Source of the DNA: Ascoidea asiatica JCM 7603
Taxonomy: Eukaryota > Fungi > Ascomycota
DNA length: 46,933 bases
Reading direction: 5' to 3'
NCBI GenBank assembly: GCA_001600695.1
Contig: BCKQ01000016.1
Location: 273,814-320,746, forward strand
Part shown: positions 24,873 to 37,267 of the stretch, one piece after another
Numbering within the stretch: position 1 is the stretch's first letter
Layout: the number at the start of each line of letters is the position of its first letter
The notes under the pieces: model-generated
Databases searched by the model: none
What the model was told of the DNA's origin: nothing
What the model saw: the letters and a program-made list of their open reading frames with translations, nothing else
Translations under genes and position numbers: made by a program

Positions 24873-26129
24873 TCATTTTTTTTTATATAAAAATGCTTCT
24901 TTGGTTCTAATGATTGAATCAACTTTACCAATTTCAGAATTCCAACGTTTAATAGTAACTGTATTTTTAATTTCTTTACCATTACTTTTACTTTTACTTT
25001 TAGATTCTTTATCTACAGGTTCTATAACTGCAATTGTTTCTGGTAAAACACTTTTAAGATATTTTCTTTTAAAACTAACTTGATCTCTTTTTGTTAAAAA
25101 TGGTTGAGAAATTAATTCTAAAATTTCATTTTTAATATTTTTTTTAAGAACATTATTAAAACTTAATTCTTTTAATTTTAAAATTATTTCATTTCTTTTA
25201 ATAGATTTTTCTTCATCTGAAATTTTTAAATATAAATTAAATTTTGAATCAAAATCAATTTTATTATCAATTAATTTAATAATTTTATTAATATAATTTT
25301 TTTTAAATTTTAAAAATTCTTCTTCATTAATTTCTTTTCTAATTAATTTTAAATTAATTTCTGAAATTTGATTAAATGTTGCAAAATCTTGTGATTCATT
25401 TAATTTATATCCATTTTTAAGAAATCTTGAAATTAATAAAATTCTTTCAATTGAATAATTTATATCTTCTTCATTTTTAATCATTTCTAAATATTCTTCA
25501 TCTTTTAGTAATAATTTATTTAATTGAATTTTATATTTATTTCTTGTTTCAATATTTTTTTTTTTTCTATCTTCTAAATTTTTTTCAATTTCATTTTTAT
25601 TTAAAAATTCTTTTCTAGAAATATGCTCTTTTTCTCTTTTAATTTCTTCACTTTCTTCTAATAATATACCTCCAAATCTTCTAATTCTTGGTGACCAATG
25701 ATTTGTAGGTAATCTTAAATCTTCTTTTAAAGCGACTCCAATAAATTTTCTTTTTGGATGAAATGGATCAAGATAATAACGTACAAATCCTGGTTCTAAT
25801 GCAAATATTGTATGATCTTTTCCAATTCCAACATTTTCACCAGGGTAAAATTTTGTACCTCTTTGTCTAATAATTATTTGTCCAATTTTAACTTCTTGAC
25901 CTTCAAATTTCTTGGATCCAAGTCTTCTACCTGCTGAATCTCTCATACTTGTTCTACCACCTGCTGATTTTTTAGCTGATGTACGTACTTGAATTGAATT
26001 TAAAACATTATTTTTATTAATTATTTCATAATTTTTTAATGAACTTCTTAATGGACTTAAGGTTTTAAGAACTATTGATGAATTATTTTTAAGAACATTT
26101 ATAGAAGTCTTAAGATTAAAAACAGACAT
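24873..26129 (-). CDS. MRP7: Mitochondrial ribosomal protein bL27m
   Basis: Presequence followed by [50 protein letters not shown] and the fungal C-terminal extension. Confidence 0.94.
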   Translation of the reverse strand: MSVFNLKTSINVLKNNSSIVLKTLSPLRSSLKNYEIINKNNVLNSIQVRTSAKKSAGGRTSMRDSAGRRLGSKKFEGQEVKIGQIIIRQRGTKFYPGENVGIGKDHTIFALEPGFVRYYLDPFHPKRKFIGVALKEDLRLPTNHWSPRIRRFGGILLEESEEIKREKEHISRKEFLNKNEIEKNLEDRKKKNIETRNKYKIQLNKLLLKDEEYLEMIKNEEDINYSIERILLISRFLKNGYKLNESQDFATFNQISEINLKLIRKEINEEEFLKFKKNYINKIIKLIDNKIDFDSKFNLYLKISDEEKSIKRNEIILKLKELSFNNVLKKNIKNEILELISQPFLTKRDQVSFKRKYLKSVLPETIAVIEPVDKESKSKSKSNGKEIKNTVTIKRWNSEIGKVDSIIRTKEAFLYKKK

Positions 26130-26292
26130 TATTAAAATATTACGTTGATATTATATTCTGATATAAAAGTAATAGAAAATGAAGTAATATATTATTTCAA
26201 CTACTTTCTCAAACTGTTTTATTAACTTCTTGGTCGTTATTTGTTCTTTGTTATTTGTTATTTTCTTGAAATGATTTTTTTATGGAAAAATT

Positions 26293-26659
26293 TATAATTA
26301 AAAAAAGCATTAACTGCACGTGAACTTGTTAAAGAACTGCAACAATACAAACTATTTAAATGTTTATTGAACTTTTAACACCCTTCTCATATAGCACATT
26401 TTAGACGCCCAAACACTTTTCACTGAATTTGAGTGAATTTAATATTAGCGCTATTCAATCAATAAATCAATAAATAAATAAATCAATAAATTTAACCAGT
26501 AATTTGATCAATAAAATAATAGAAACTGAGTAATGAAATATATCAATCAATGAATAGTAGTTGGTAAAATATGTCATCCTAAGTCATGTCCAGAACCTTG
26601 ATCATCGATAATGGTTCATATGAAATCAAATTAGATTACTTTAAGCATCAGAATCAAAT
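26293..26659 (+). repeat. Right arm of the inverted repeat (ARP6 promoter plus 5' CDS); outer end unknown, at or beyond 26659
   Basis: Exact reverse complement of 1-367. Contains CACGTG at 26317-26322. Confidence 0.97.
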
Positions 26660-27875
26660 TGAGAAATCTCCAATTCCAAAGATTTTACCAAATACAATTG
26701 TTCAAACAAAAGATAAAAGACTATTACTAGGTAAGCCAATTGATGATATCAATGATTTTTCAGGATTAACCTTCAAAAGACCATTTGAAAAGAATAATTT
26801 AGTGTCGTGGGAATTGGAAAAATTAATTTGGGATTATTCTTTCAATTCAATTGATTTTGGTTTATTCTTAGATCCTCATGATACGAATTTAATTGTATCT
26901 GAGAGTTTATTCACTTTACCTAAACTTTCAACAAACTTAGATCAAATTGTTTTTGAAGAATATGGATTTAAGAATTATTACAAAGCTCCAGTTTCTTCTT
27001 TTATTCCATTTAATTATAAGAATAATAATCGATTATTACATAACAATACCTGCATTAATACCTACAATAATACAAGTAATAATACTGATTACAATGATTA
27101 TCAATTAATCATTGATTCTGGTTTTGATTCAACTTATGTGATTCCAATGATTTATGGTTGTATATTTTGGGAAGGTGTTAAGAAACTAGATATTGCTGGA
27201 AGAATTTTGTCAGGTTATTTAAGAGAATTAATTTCTTTTAGATATTATAATGTTACAGATGAAACAGTTTTGGTAAATAAAATTAAAGAAAATGTTTGTT
27301 TTATTTCAAAGGATTATAATCATTCAATCACAGATAATTCATTATCTGTTGAGTTTGCTTTACCTGATTTTAAATATTCTAATAAAGGATTTTTAATCAA
27401 TGATGAATTATTGAAAGAAAAAAATATAGATAAAAAAGATTTACAAATTTTAAAATTAAAAGATGAAAGGTTCTCAATACCAGAAATTTTATTTGATCCA
27501 AATATTTGTGGTATAAAAAATAGATCTGGTTTAACAAATTTAATTTTTGAATCAATAAATTCCACACCTGAATTAATTAGACCTTTATTAGTTAGTAATA
27601 TAATTTTAATTGGAGGAAATTTCAAATTATCTGGTGCAAAAGAAAGAATTTTAAAAGAATTAAATCAAATATTACCAATTGATTGGGAAATACGAGTTGG
27701 AATATCTGAAGATCCTCAAATTTATGGATGGCAAAGTATGAATGAATTATGTAAGAATAAAGATTTAATGAAAAAAGTTTATATAAGTAAAGAAGAATAT
27801 GATGAAAAAGGTTCTCAATATTTACAATCAAAATTTGGATTTAAAATATCAACTAAATATCAAGTGAAAGTTTAA
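26586..27875 (+). CDS. ARP6: Actin-related protein 6 (SWR1 complex)
   Basis: Actin fold: LIIDNGSYEIK, IIDSGF, ELISFRYYNVTDET.LVN.IKE, LPDF, ERFSIPEILF and NIILIGGN. Confidence 0.92.
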   Translation: MSRTLIIDNGSYEIKLDYFKHQNQIEKSPIPKILPNTIVQTKDKRLLLGKPIDDINDFSGLTFKRPFEKNNLVSWELEKLIWDYSFNSIDFGLFLDPHDTNLIVSESLFTLPKLSTNLDQIVFEEYGFKNYYKAPVSSFIPFNYKNNNRLLHNNTCINTYNNTSNNTDYNDYQLIIDSGFDSTYVIPMIYGCIFWEGVKKLDIAGRILSGYLRELISFRYYNVTDETVLVNKIKENVCFISKDYNHSITDNSLSVEFALPDFKYSNKGFLINDELLKEKNIDKKDLQILKLKDERFSIPEILFDPNICGIKNRSGLTNLIFESINSTPELIRPLLVSNIILIGGNFKLSGAKERILKELNQILPIDWEIRVGISEDPQIYGWQSMNELCKNKDLMKKVYISKEEYDEKGSQYLQSKFGFKISTKYQVKV

Positions 27876-28075
27876 CTTCAAAGAATTTATTAAGTTATAT
27901 TTTCTACAATTTTAATTTTAATTTTTCTATTGAAAAAAAACAATTAATAAATACCGATTTATCAATGAATAATTTTACAGAATCGAGACTATTATTATTG
28001 TTTCCCTTCAAATAATACATATATTTTAATATGCTATAGAACTAAGAAATAGAAAGGAAATATAAAGGAAATAAG

Positions 28076-28156
28076 AAGAAATAAGAAATAAAAAGAAATA
28101 GAAGAAATAAGAAGAAATAAGAAATAAGAAGAAATAGAAGAAATAAGAAGAAATAA
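28076..28156 (+). repeat. Degenerate purine-rich tandem repeat (AAGAAAT/AAGAAGAAAT units)
   Basis: Visible tandem array just 3' of the 244-aa ORF. Confidence 0.7.
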
Positions 28157-28170
28157 GGTGAAAAAAAAAA

Positions 28171-28905
28171 TTAAAAGAATATATCCACATTAATACCAAG
28201 GAATTTTAAAATGGCATACTGTTTTTGAATTTTGGTTTGATTTTGTTCAATTGGAATTTCATAAAATTCAATTAATGAATTTAATTTTGTTAAAGAATAA
28301 CCTTGTAAGGTAGTTATATTTTCTGGAATTAAAGGATTTTCTTGGCTAATTGGTGTAATTTTAGTAGTGAGTTTTCTGATCATGGAGTTTTTTAAGACAA
28401 CATTAATCATTTTAAACTCTTCTTTTAATTCATTTTTTAATTCCAAATTTTTTTGATTAATATGATGTGTTAAGGTGGTTTCCAATATATTGATCTTTTG
28501 GTCCATTTGATTCATTTGAGTCATTAAGGTTGTTTCCATTTCTTTAATTGAATTTTTTGATTCCCTAAGCAACCTAATTATTTCATCAGAATTATCTGAG
28601 AAATTTTTTTGAAAAGATTTAGAATTTTGTATTTGTTTCTCAAACTTAATGTTATCAATGAAAGCTTTTGCGTCTATTATTTCTTTAGCGTCTGCTTGGA
28701 AATAAGCTAACCCATGAAGATAGTTTTCAGCAGTGTTTATATCCTTTTCTTGTACCTTGCCAATTATATTATTTGGAACCCTAATATTTGCTGTATTTTT
28801 AGGATATTTTAATTCTACTTCTAAACCTTCAGTTGAAGTAGAATTACTTGAAGAAGTCATCATGTCTGAATCAACATTTTCTGAATTACTAGGTGGAGAA
28901 TCCAT
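28171..28905 (-). CDS. Coiled-coil protein with a Mug135-like C-terminal domain (tentative)
   Basis: 244-aa ATG-started ORF with a central heptad region. The C-terminus P.NITTL...SL..LN.LIEFYEI.......K...IL.FLGI resembles Mug135_C/DUF1773 by eye. The family call is unverified. Confidence 0.6.
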   Translation of the reverse strand: MDSPPSNSENVDSDMMTSSSNSTSTEGLEVELKYPKNTANIRVPNNIIGKVQEKDINTAENYLHGLAYFQADAKEIIDAKAFIDNIKFEKQIQNSKSFQKNFSDNSDEIIRLLRESKNSIKEMETTLMTQMNQMDQKINILETTLTHHINQKNLELKNELKEEFKMINVVLKNSMIRKLTTKITPISQENPLIPENITTLQGYSLTKLNSLIEFYEIPIEQNQTKIQKQYAILKFLGINVDIFF

Positions 28906-30465
28906 GATATATTAGTATGATCAAAATAATATGAGAATTAATTGGATAAAAATAATAAGGTGAAAATAATATGATAAAGAATTGGTTAATATAAGATGAT
29001 GTTAAAAATAAAAATACAATTTGAATATTCAGATATATCAGGATTTCGAAATATTTGAATACAATTTAATAATAAAAAACATGAAACAAATAAATATAAA
29101 TATATGAATATATTATAGCAATGTTGGACTCTATTTGTTGGATTTCCACCACAAGATTCACGGGTGTTTTAGTTAATCAAGGATTAAGAAAGGCAAGCAA
29201 ATAACTAAATAAATGAAAACACAAATGAAGATTTGAATTTTTGAGTAAATGAAGAAATAAGTATGGATAGATAAATGGATTGGGAGATACACAAAGCTAC
29301 ATTTAGATAGAGAAAGCTGGATATAGAAATAATGACCAGGTAATAATGTTTCTTTTTTAGAACAAGAAAAAGATTTGTCCAGTCGTTTCATAATCTCTAG
29401 ATCCTGTTCTGCAAAACAGTTCAAACCTTTGAATTTCAATATTCTCAAAAATCTAAACTTTTATTACCAGATTTTGGGGAATTTCAGGATACTCGAGAAA
29501 ATGAAATTAAAATGGGAATCTTTGGTGACTGCTTGGTTTTAAAAATAGCAATAATAACAATGATACATTGTTCAATATCTTTAAATCAATTAAATCAGAT
29601 GATTTAGTAAGCAAAAAGATCTTATTTAAATTTTATTTATTCATGAATTAATTTCGTTATTTATATATTTATTTATTTATGAATTAATTAATTAATTTAT
29701 TTATTTATTTATTTATTAATCCTTCGTAATTTCTATATTGCTATTAGAATTAGAATTAGTATTTTTGTGGTTTGACACCAGTTACTATCACGTGATTAAA
29801 ATGGTGTAAAAATTACTGTATGAAACCAGGGTTGGGAGTACAAGGCTAAGTACTTCAAAGTATTTGATTTCAATCAATGAGATGAAACAAATGGTTCTTT
29901 TATATCTAAAAAAAGTAGAGGTTCTTTTATTTCGATGAAAAAAATAAAGTCTCTTAAGGTGAATTATTTCAAATAACTTCAACCATGTTTTTTTTTTTTT
30001 TGGAATAATCATAGAGTTTTAGTGGTGCTTTAAATATAACAAATAGTTTCTCGGGGACAAAAATATATGTTTCGGAACAAATTAGGTATTCTGCGGATAA
30101 AATATATAATTTAAATAACCATCAATTTTTTATATTTTATTATATTTTATTATATCTTTGTAAAATACTTAATATATTTTTGTTGGAAATTGATATCCAA
30201 AATATTCATTGAAGTAAATTAATTCAAGTTCATCATTACTAAAAAACACATTATTAATATATTGAGATTGAAATTTTTTGTTGATAGTTTCAGGTAAAAT
30301 ACAATTTATTTATTTTTTTTTTTTCAAATTAGGAGAATGCAGAATTAAATAGAAAAATAGAAAAATAGAAAAAATAATAAGTAGAATATAAAAAATAAAC
30401 AAACATAGAAATAAAACAATTAACTTTAATTAATTTTAATTAACTTTTTTTACTTAATTGATTGA

Positions 30466-30675
30466 TTAATCTCTTTTTTCTAGAGGATTATATTGTAAGA
30501 ATTTTTCAATTAAATCAACATGAGTTAAAACCATTCTTCTACAACAATATCTTTTTAAACCTAATTTATCTAGAGCTTCTCTTTCTTCCAAATCATCTTC
30601 AATATATTTAAGATAAAGTTCCCATTTATCACCAACAACTTTACCACATGAAAAACAACGTACAGGTATAATCAT
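30466..30675 (-). CDS. RPB10: RNA polymerases I/II/III common subunit RPABC5
   Basis: [18 protein letters not shown]...[23 protein letters not shown]. Confidence 0.98.
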   Translation of the reverse strand: MIIPVRCFSCGKVVGDKWELYLKYIEDDLEEREALDKLGLKRYCCRRMVLTHVDLIEKFLQYNPLEKRD

Positions 30676-30818
30676 TTTATCAATATTTACAGAAACTGAA
30701 GTATTTAAAAGTAATTATTTTAAAATTATTTCCACATATACCAATATCAGAATTTTAATTCATTTGCATTTATATTATTTTCTGATAAGCGATCATTTAT
30801 TTTATTTCAAAGAATTTT

Positions 30819-30937
30819 AAAATTTTTCAACTGTCAGATTTATAATAACGTAAGCGATTAGATAAGCAGTTCCCCCACTACAAACGCGTAAAGAAATTAA
30901 GACTAAATAAATATTCAATAATATTCGGCTGCACGTG
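30819..30937. promoter_or_regulatory. RPB10/POB3 divergent promoter: RRPE (TGAAAAATTTT on minus strand, 30819-30829), MCB ACGCGT (30884-30889) and CACGTG (30932-30937)
   Basis: Exact motif matches that fit the gene classes (ribosome biogenesis; chromatin/replication). Confidence 0.5.
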
Positions 30938-31179
30938 GAATGATTATTTTATTTTCTTTATTTTGTATTTAGCATTACAGTATGTATTTTAGCTTTACAT
31001 GAGATTTTAACGTGAACAAGATAAATAATTACTTAGTCTTTGTTGTGAAAAACTGGAGATGGAAGTAGCAACTGAAATTATCAGATTTTAAAAAACATAT
31101 TCATTCATATTGAAATATTAGTTAGTCAATGGTAGTTTAAAATTTAATAAAATATAATAAAATATATTTATAAAATAGA

Positions 31180-32775
31180 ATGTCTGGAGCAGTTGAATTT
31201 GAAGGAATTTATTTAAATCAATCAAAGGCTCAAGGTCGTATGCGTATAGCAGATTCTGGTCTTGGATGGAAAGCAATTCAAACTAAAAATAATAATGCAA
31301 GTAAAGCACCATTTTTATTAGCAAAAGATCAAATTGTTTCATCATCATGGTCAAGAGGTTCAAGAGGTTGGGAATTAAGATTTCAAACAATTGGTGATGG
31401 AGTTATAATGTTAGATGGATTTGATCAACAAGATTTTAATAAATTAAAAATTGAATTACAAAGAAATTTTAATATTCAATTAGAACATAAAGAACATTCT
31501 TTAAGAGGTTGGAATTGGGGTAAAACATCATTAATGAGAAATGAATTAATTTTTTCAATAAATAATAAACCTGGATTTGAAATACCTTTTAATGAAATTA
31601 CAAATTCTAATTTAACAGGTAAAGCAGAAGTTGCAGTTGAATTAAATGTAAGTAATGAAAAATTAAAAGATAGAACTGGTGATGAATTAGTTGAAATTCG
31701 ATTTTATGTACCAGGTACAGTTGAAAAAGATGATGATAATGATAATAATAATAATAATAATGATAATGAACAAACTCATAGTTCTGGAGATGATGATAAT
31801 GAAGAACAAAGTGCAGCATCAGCATTTTATGAACAATTAAAAGAAAAAGCAGATATTGGACAAGTTGCAGGAGATGCAATTGTTTCATTTTCAGATATAT
31901 TATTTTTAACACCAAGAGGTAGATATGATATTGATATGTATCCATCATCATTAAGATTAAGAGGTAAAACTTATGATTATAAAATTCAATATAAACAAAT
32001 TCAAAGAATTTTCACATTACCAAAACCAGATGAAATTCATAATATTATGGTATTAAAAATAGATCCACCTTTAAGACAAGGACAAACAAGATATCCATTT
32101 TTAATAATGCAATTTGCAAGAGATGAAGTTTTAAGTGTTGAATTAAATGTTGATGATGAAGAATTTAATGAGAAATATAAAGATAAATTAGAAAAATCAT
32201 ATGATAAAAATACACATTTAGTTATTTCTCATTGTTTTAGAGGTTTAACAGGTACTAGAATAACAGTTCCAGGTACATTTAGTTCAAAATTAATGCAAAG
32301 TGCTGTAAGTTGTTCATTAAAAGCAAGTGAAGGACATTTATATTTATTAGATAAATGTTTTTTATTTGTCACCAAACCAACAGTTTATATACCATATTCA
32401 GATGTTTCAAATGTAATTTTATCAAGATTAGGTAAAAGTGCAAGAACTTTTGATTTAGAAATAAATTTAAGAAATTCATCAATATCTCATATGTTTTCAA
32501 ATATTTCAAAAGAAGAACAAAATTTTATAGAAAATTATTTAAAAGAAAAAAATGTACGAATTAAAAATGATGAAAAAGAAGGTCAAGATATTTTAGCTAC
32601 AGCTTTAGATTCAGATGGTGATGAAGATATGGATAGTTCAGAAGATGAAGATTTTAGTGGAGGTAGTTCTGGAGAATCTGATGTTGCAGAAGAATTTGAT
32701 TCAGGTCATGAATCCTCAGGTAGTGATTCTTCTGATAGTTCTAAGAAGCCAGTTAAAAAGAAACAAAAGAAATAA
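31180..32775 (+). CDS. POB3: FACT complex subunit Pob3/SSRP1
   Basis: GRMRIADSGLGWK, HSLRGWNWG, FLTPRGRYDIDMY and DPPLRQGQTRYPFL; acidic tail; no HMG box. Confidence 0.97.
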   Translation: MSGAVEFEGIYLNQSKAQGRMRIADSGLGWKAIQTKNNNASKAPFLLAKDQIVSSSWSRGSRGWELRFQTIGDGVIMLDGFDQQDFNKLKIELQRNFNIQLEHKEHSLRGWNWGKTSLMRNELIFSINNKPGFEIPFNEITNSNLTGKAEVAVELNVSNEKLKDRTGDELVEIRFYVPGTVEKDDDNDNNNNNNDNEQTHSSGDDDNEEQSAASAFYEQLKEKADIGQVAGDAIVSFSDILFLTPRGRYDIDMYPSSLRLRGKTYDYKIQYKQIQRIFTLPKPDEIHNIMVLKIDPPLRQGQTRYPFLIMQFARDEVLSVELNVDDEEFNEKYKDKLEKSYDKNTHLVISHCFRGLTGTRITVPGTFSSKLMQSAVSCSLKASEGHLYLLDKCFLFVTKPTVYIPYSDVSNVILSRLGKSARTFDLEINLRNSSISHMFSNISKEEQNFIENYLKEKNVRIKNDEKEGQDILATALDSDGDEDMDSSEDEDFSGGSSGESDVAEEFDSGHESSGSDSSDSSKKPVKKKQKK

Positions 32776-33541
32776 AAAGAATAATCATATAATGTTCATA
32801 TAATGTTCATATAATAATCATATAATAATCATAATACAGTATATTTTCAATATCTACAGTATATCAATACACACAATAAGTATTTACAACAAACCGAGGC
32901 CAGTGTTACGGGAGCCCTTGAGATGCCGGCCTGTTGCAGATCAGGAAGTTGGTTACGTAAGCGCACAGGCGGCTGTAACAGGCAAGAAGAAAACAAGAAG
33001 AAAACAGATCTTTTGGGTTGGCGTCTAAAAGAGGAAAATGTAAACAACCACAACTCATAAGAGAACTGAGTACGGAAGGAGCTGCAGGAAACAATAAAAA
33101 ATGTATCTTTAAAAACCAACTTCAACTTCAACTTCAACTTCAACTTCAATTCTAACAACAGAAGTTAAAGAAAGAAGAAGAGGAAGAAGAAGAAAAATAA
33201 GAATAAGAATAAGAATAAGAAAGATTTATAATCATCTTTAAACCATTTATTCTATTCAGATCAACTTATTAAAGTCCTTTGATTCCTCCTGAATTCTTCT
33301 TCATTCCAATAAGTTTATTCAATCATTGCAGATTCTAAAAATATTAATACTCACTCAAACAATCTTTTAACAAACTTCTAACTAAATCAAATATATACTC
33401 CATTTCTTTAATTTATATCCAAATCACATTTCTAAATCATTCATATATATACACTTTCCCATTAATCTCAAATTCATTTTATATTATCTCAATAAAATAA
33501 ATCAATCAATCAATCAATGGACATATCTTAAATACTTTAGA

Positions 33542-34372
33542 ATGCCAAATTTAAATACTTTATCAAACTTATATAAAACAAACTCTTTAGAAAATTTAAA
33601 TCCTATAAAATCAATAATGAATAACTTATCCAATAACTCTTTAAATCAATCAAATAATCAAAATTATTCAATAATTAATACCAGCGTTAGTTTTCAAAAT
33701 CAAGATATGGATTCTATCAATAATAGTAATATTGATATTGATAATGATAATGATAATGACAATGACAACGACAACAGTAATGATGATAAAAATTATGAAA
33801 TTATAAATACATCTAAATTAGATCCAAATAATGATAATGATTTAAATATAGATTTAAAAACTCAAGAATTAATTAATCAAATTTATCTTAATTATAAAAC
33901 AAGTAATGAAAATATGAATTCAAATATAATACATAAAGATTCTCCAAGAGAATCAATAATTTCATCTTCAACAAGAAATACAAATTTATCTCATCATTCA
34001 AATCAATCTCATAATTCAAATAATTCAAATGCTACAACTCAAGCTTCATCTTTAAATTTTCATTTAAATTCAAATATAATCAATTCAACTTTAAATAATT
34101 TAAATATTATAAATACCAATAATAATAATAATAATAATAATATAAATAGTATCAATACCAATAATAATTCAAAACATTTAAATAGTAATATATCTAATCA
34201 TATCATTCATAATTCTTCTTTTTCTAATTCAAGTATAGATTCAAATAATAAACTTATAAAAGATAATAATGATAACGAAAATGATAATGATAAAAATTCT
34301 TCTTATTTAGATAATCATTTTACTTCTTCAACTTTCAATTTTGTAATTAAAAATAATAATATTAATAATAGT

Positions 34373-34415
<43 letters not shown>

Positions 34416-37267
34416 TAAATAATGATTTAAATAATAAACAAAGTAATAATAATTTTTCTTTAAATTCTTTTTCTAATTCTTTAAATTCTATTCAAAAAGA
34501 TGATTCTATCAATAATCAAAATGATAATGATTTATCTTTTGGTATGTTATCAATGTCTTCAAATTTAAAATCTCAAAATTCAATCTCAATCTCAAATTCA
34601 AATTCAATTAATAATATTCCTTCAAATATTCAAATTATTTCAAATAATATTCAATCTATTAATAATTCTAATTCTAATTCTTATATTCATCATAATTATT
34701 CTTATCTTAATCATCCTTCAAAATCTCAATTATCTTTAAACTCAACTAATAATAATAATAATAATAATATACCTAGAGATAAATCAATAATTTCAATTTC
34801 AAATAAATCTCAAATATCTGAAAGACCTTTATTCAATAATAATATAAATGATCATAATAATTCAAATAATATTAATAATAATACTAATATTAATCACAAT
34901 AATAATTTTAATTTTTCAAGTAATTCAAATCTTTCAATAGCTAATTTGAATAATAATTATTATTATAATGATGATATTAATTCTCAAAATATTATTGATG
35001 ATGAACTGTTATATATTACCAGATCTAGATCAAGATCAAGATCAATATCAATTTCCAGATCAAGATCAAGATCTCATTCAATTTCAAAATCAATTAATTA
35101 TTCTTCAAATAGATCTTTATCAAACTCAAGATCAAAATCAAGATTAATTCCAATTGAAAATAATTTAAACATTCAAAATACAATCTCTTCTTTTTCCAAT
35201 ACCAATGTAAATACGAATAGCAATACCAATGGTAATTCTAAAAATTTATTCTCAATTTCAGATAATTCTCACCAAAACACTATTACAAATTCAAATAATA
35301 CTCCAATTCCAATCACAAATAAAGGTAATATTACCTCAATTTCTACAATAACTCCTTCTTCAAATATATTAAATAATGAAATCAAACAATCTTCAACTAC
35401 AAGTTATTTAGCTCAATTAATTGAAGATTCTTTCAATAATACAAATTTTATTCCTGAAAGTGATTCGAATAATAACTTGAATATGTTTAATTCAATCATT
35501 TCAAATAATAATAATATAACTACCTCAAGCTCGATAAATAATGTTACTAATTTATATGCAATTCTGGAAGAATCTTCAGTTAAAAATTCTTCTGATATAA
35601 ATAAAAAATTATCCTCTCCAAATTCAAAAAAATCTTTTACTTCTCCATGCTTACCATTAAATTATTCTCCTAAAAAAAATTCTCCAATTAAAGAGAGATT
35701 ATCTTCATTGAGAGATAAAGTTAAAATTAATAAAAGATCAGCTCAAGATCATAGTGATGCAATTAAACTATTTAATTTATCTTCAAAATCTAAAGAAAGT
35801 TTAAACATGAGTAATATTTTCAATATTAATAAATCAAAAGAAAGTGTTTTACATTCTCCTTTAATAGCTAAAAGAAATTCAAAGAAATTCAATCTTGATG
35901 ATGATGATGATAATAATAATAATGAATTCAAAAGCAACTTTAATGAAAAAATTAATAAAGTTATTGATGATAGTGAACAGAATAATACTATTGTTAGACA
36001 TGGTTATTCTTTATCTGGTAGCAAATCTGAAGGAAATTGTTTAAACTTATTACTGGATGATTTAACTGATTTACACATCATTGATGAAAATTCTGGAGAG
36101 CATGAATATCAAATTATTAATGACAGAAAAAACATTATTCAATTAACAGACAATTCAAGTACTGTTAAAAAAACTAAATCACCTAATATTAATAAGGTTT
36201 CAAGTGCTAAAAAAAGTCCAAAGAAAAGTCCTAAGAAATATAAGAATAATGGTAGACTTTCGTTGCCGGGAAATGATGAAATTTTAAATTTCAAGAAGAA
36301 AAATAGTGTTAGATTTATAAGTACCGATACTATAGTTTATGAAGATAATAGTAAAGTTCATTCTCCTAATACTAGTAAAATATATGCATCACCTAAAAGA
36401 GTTGTTTCCAAACAACTTAATAAAAAGTTGAAGAAAAAACCTTCAATTTTATCAATTTTTGGAAGTAGATCAAATAATAATGAAAAACCAAATGTTTTAT
36501 TAAAGAACTTGAATAATGATTTTGAATATTATGAACCAACAAGAGTTAGATTACCTTCAAGAGTTTACAGAAAATCAGGTAAAGTATTAATTTCTGCTCA
36601 ACAACAGTCTATAAATGAAATGGAAAAGGAAAAGAAAAATGAAGATACTATTAAACTTAAAACAAAGAAAACTACTCATAGACATGTATCATTATTTGAT
36701 AAACATTCGAATCATGAGGAGAAACATAAAGTTAGAAAAAGTAATGGTAGATATTCTGATCAAAAAGAATTAGAAGCTTTATATTTGGGTGGTACAGATG
36801 GATTAGATAGTACAATTTATGATACTAGTTACTTGATTATGGATGAATCATTTATGAAAAAAAGTGGTAGTACAAAATCCATTCAAAGTTTATTAAAACT
36901 TAAGAAAAATTTCTTGCCTAATTCATTTTCAGTTAAATCTATTGATAGAATCTTTAATAGTGTTGATAAAGATAGAAATAATTCTAGTGGTATAATTAAA
37001 AGTTTAAGCTCCAAATCAATTCATTCACCATTACATAAAGCTGCAACAGGTAACAAAAATGACTCAATAAGAAAATTTTCCAACAGTTTAAATCATATTA
37101 AACATCTTCAACCTCATTTAGTTTATGATAAAGAAACCTCAGAATCTAAAGCCATTGCTGAAATTGAAGAAGAAGAAAGAAAGAATAAAGGCTTAGATAA
37201 GAAAAAAAATAAATCCAAATTTTCAAGAGCAATGTCTTTCTTACATAAAAAATTAGCAAAAGCTTAG
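33542..37267 (+). CDS. Uncharacterised Asn/Ser-rich intrinsically disordered protein (1241 aa)
   Basis: A 3.7-kb open frame in very AT-rich DNA with host-like codon usage; no domain recognised. Confidence 0.8.

Noticed and set aside
29122-29560. Solo LTR starting with TGTTG
   Set aside because: No matching CAACA end, target-site duplication or second copy was seen.
29600-29796. Point centromere (CDEI-like ATCACGTG next to an AT-rich tract)
   Set aside because: There is no CDEIII CCGAA consensus at a suitable spacing, and CACGTG is common in promoters here.
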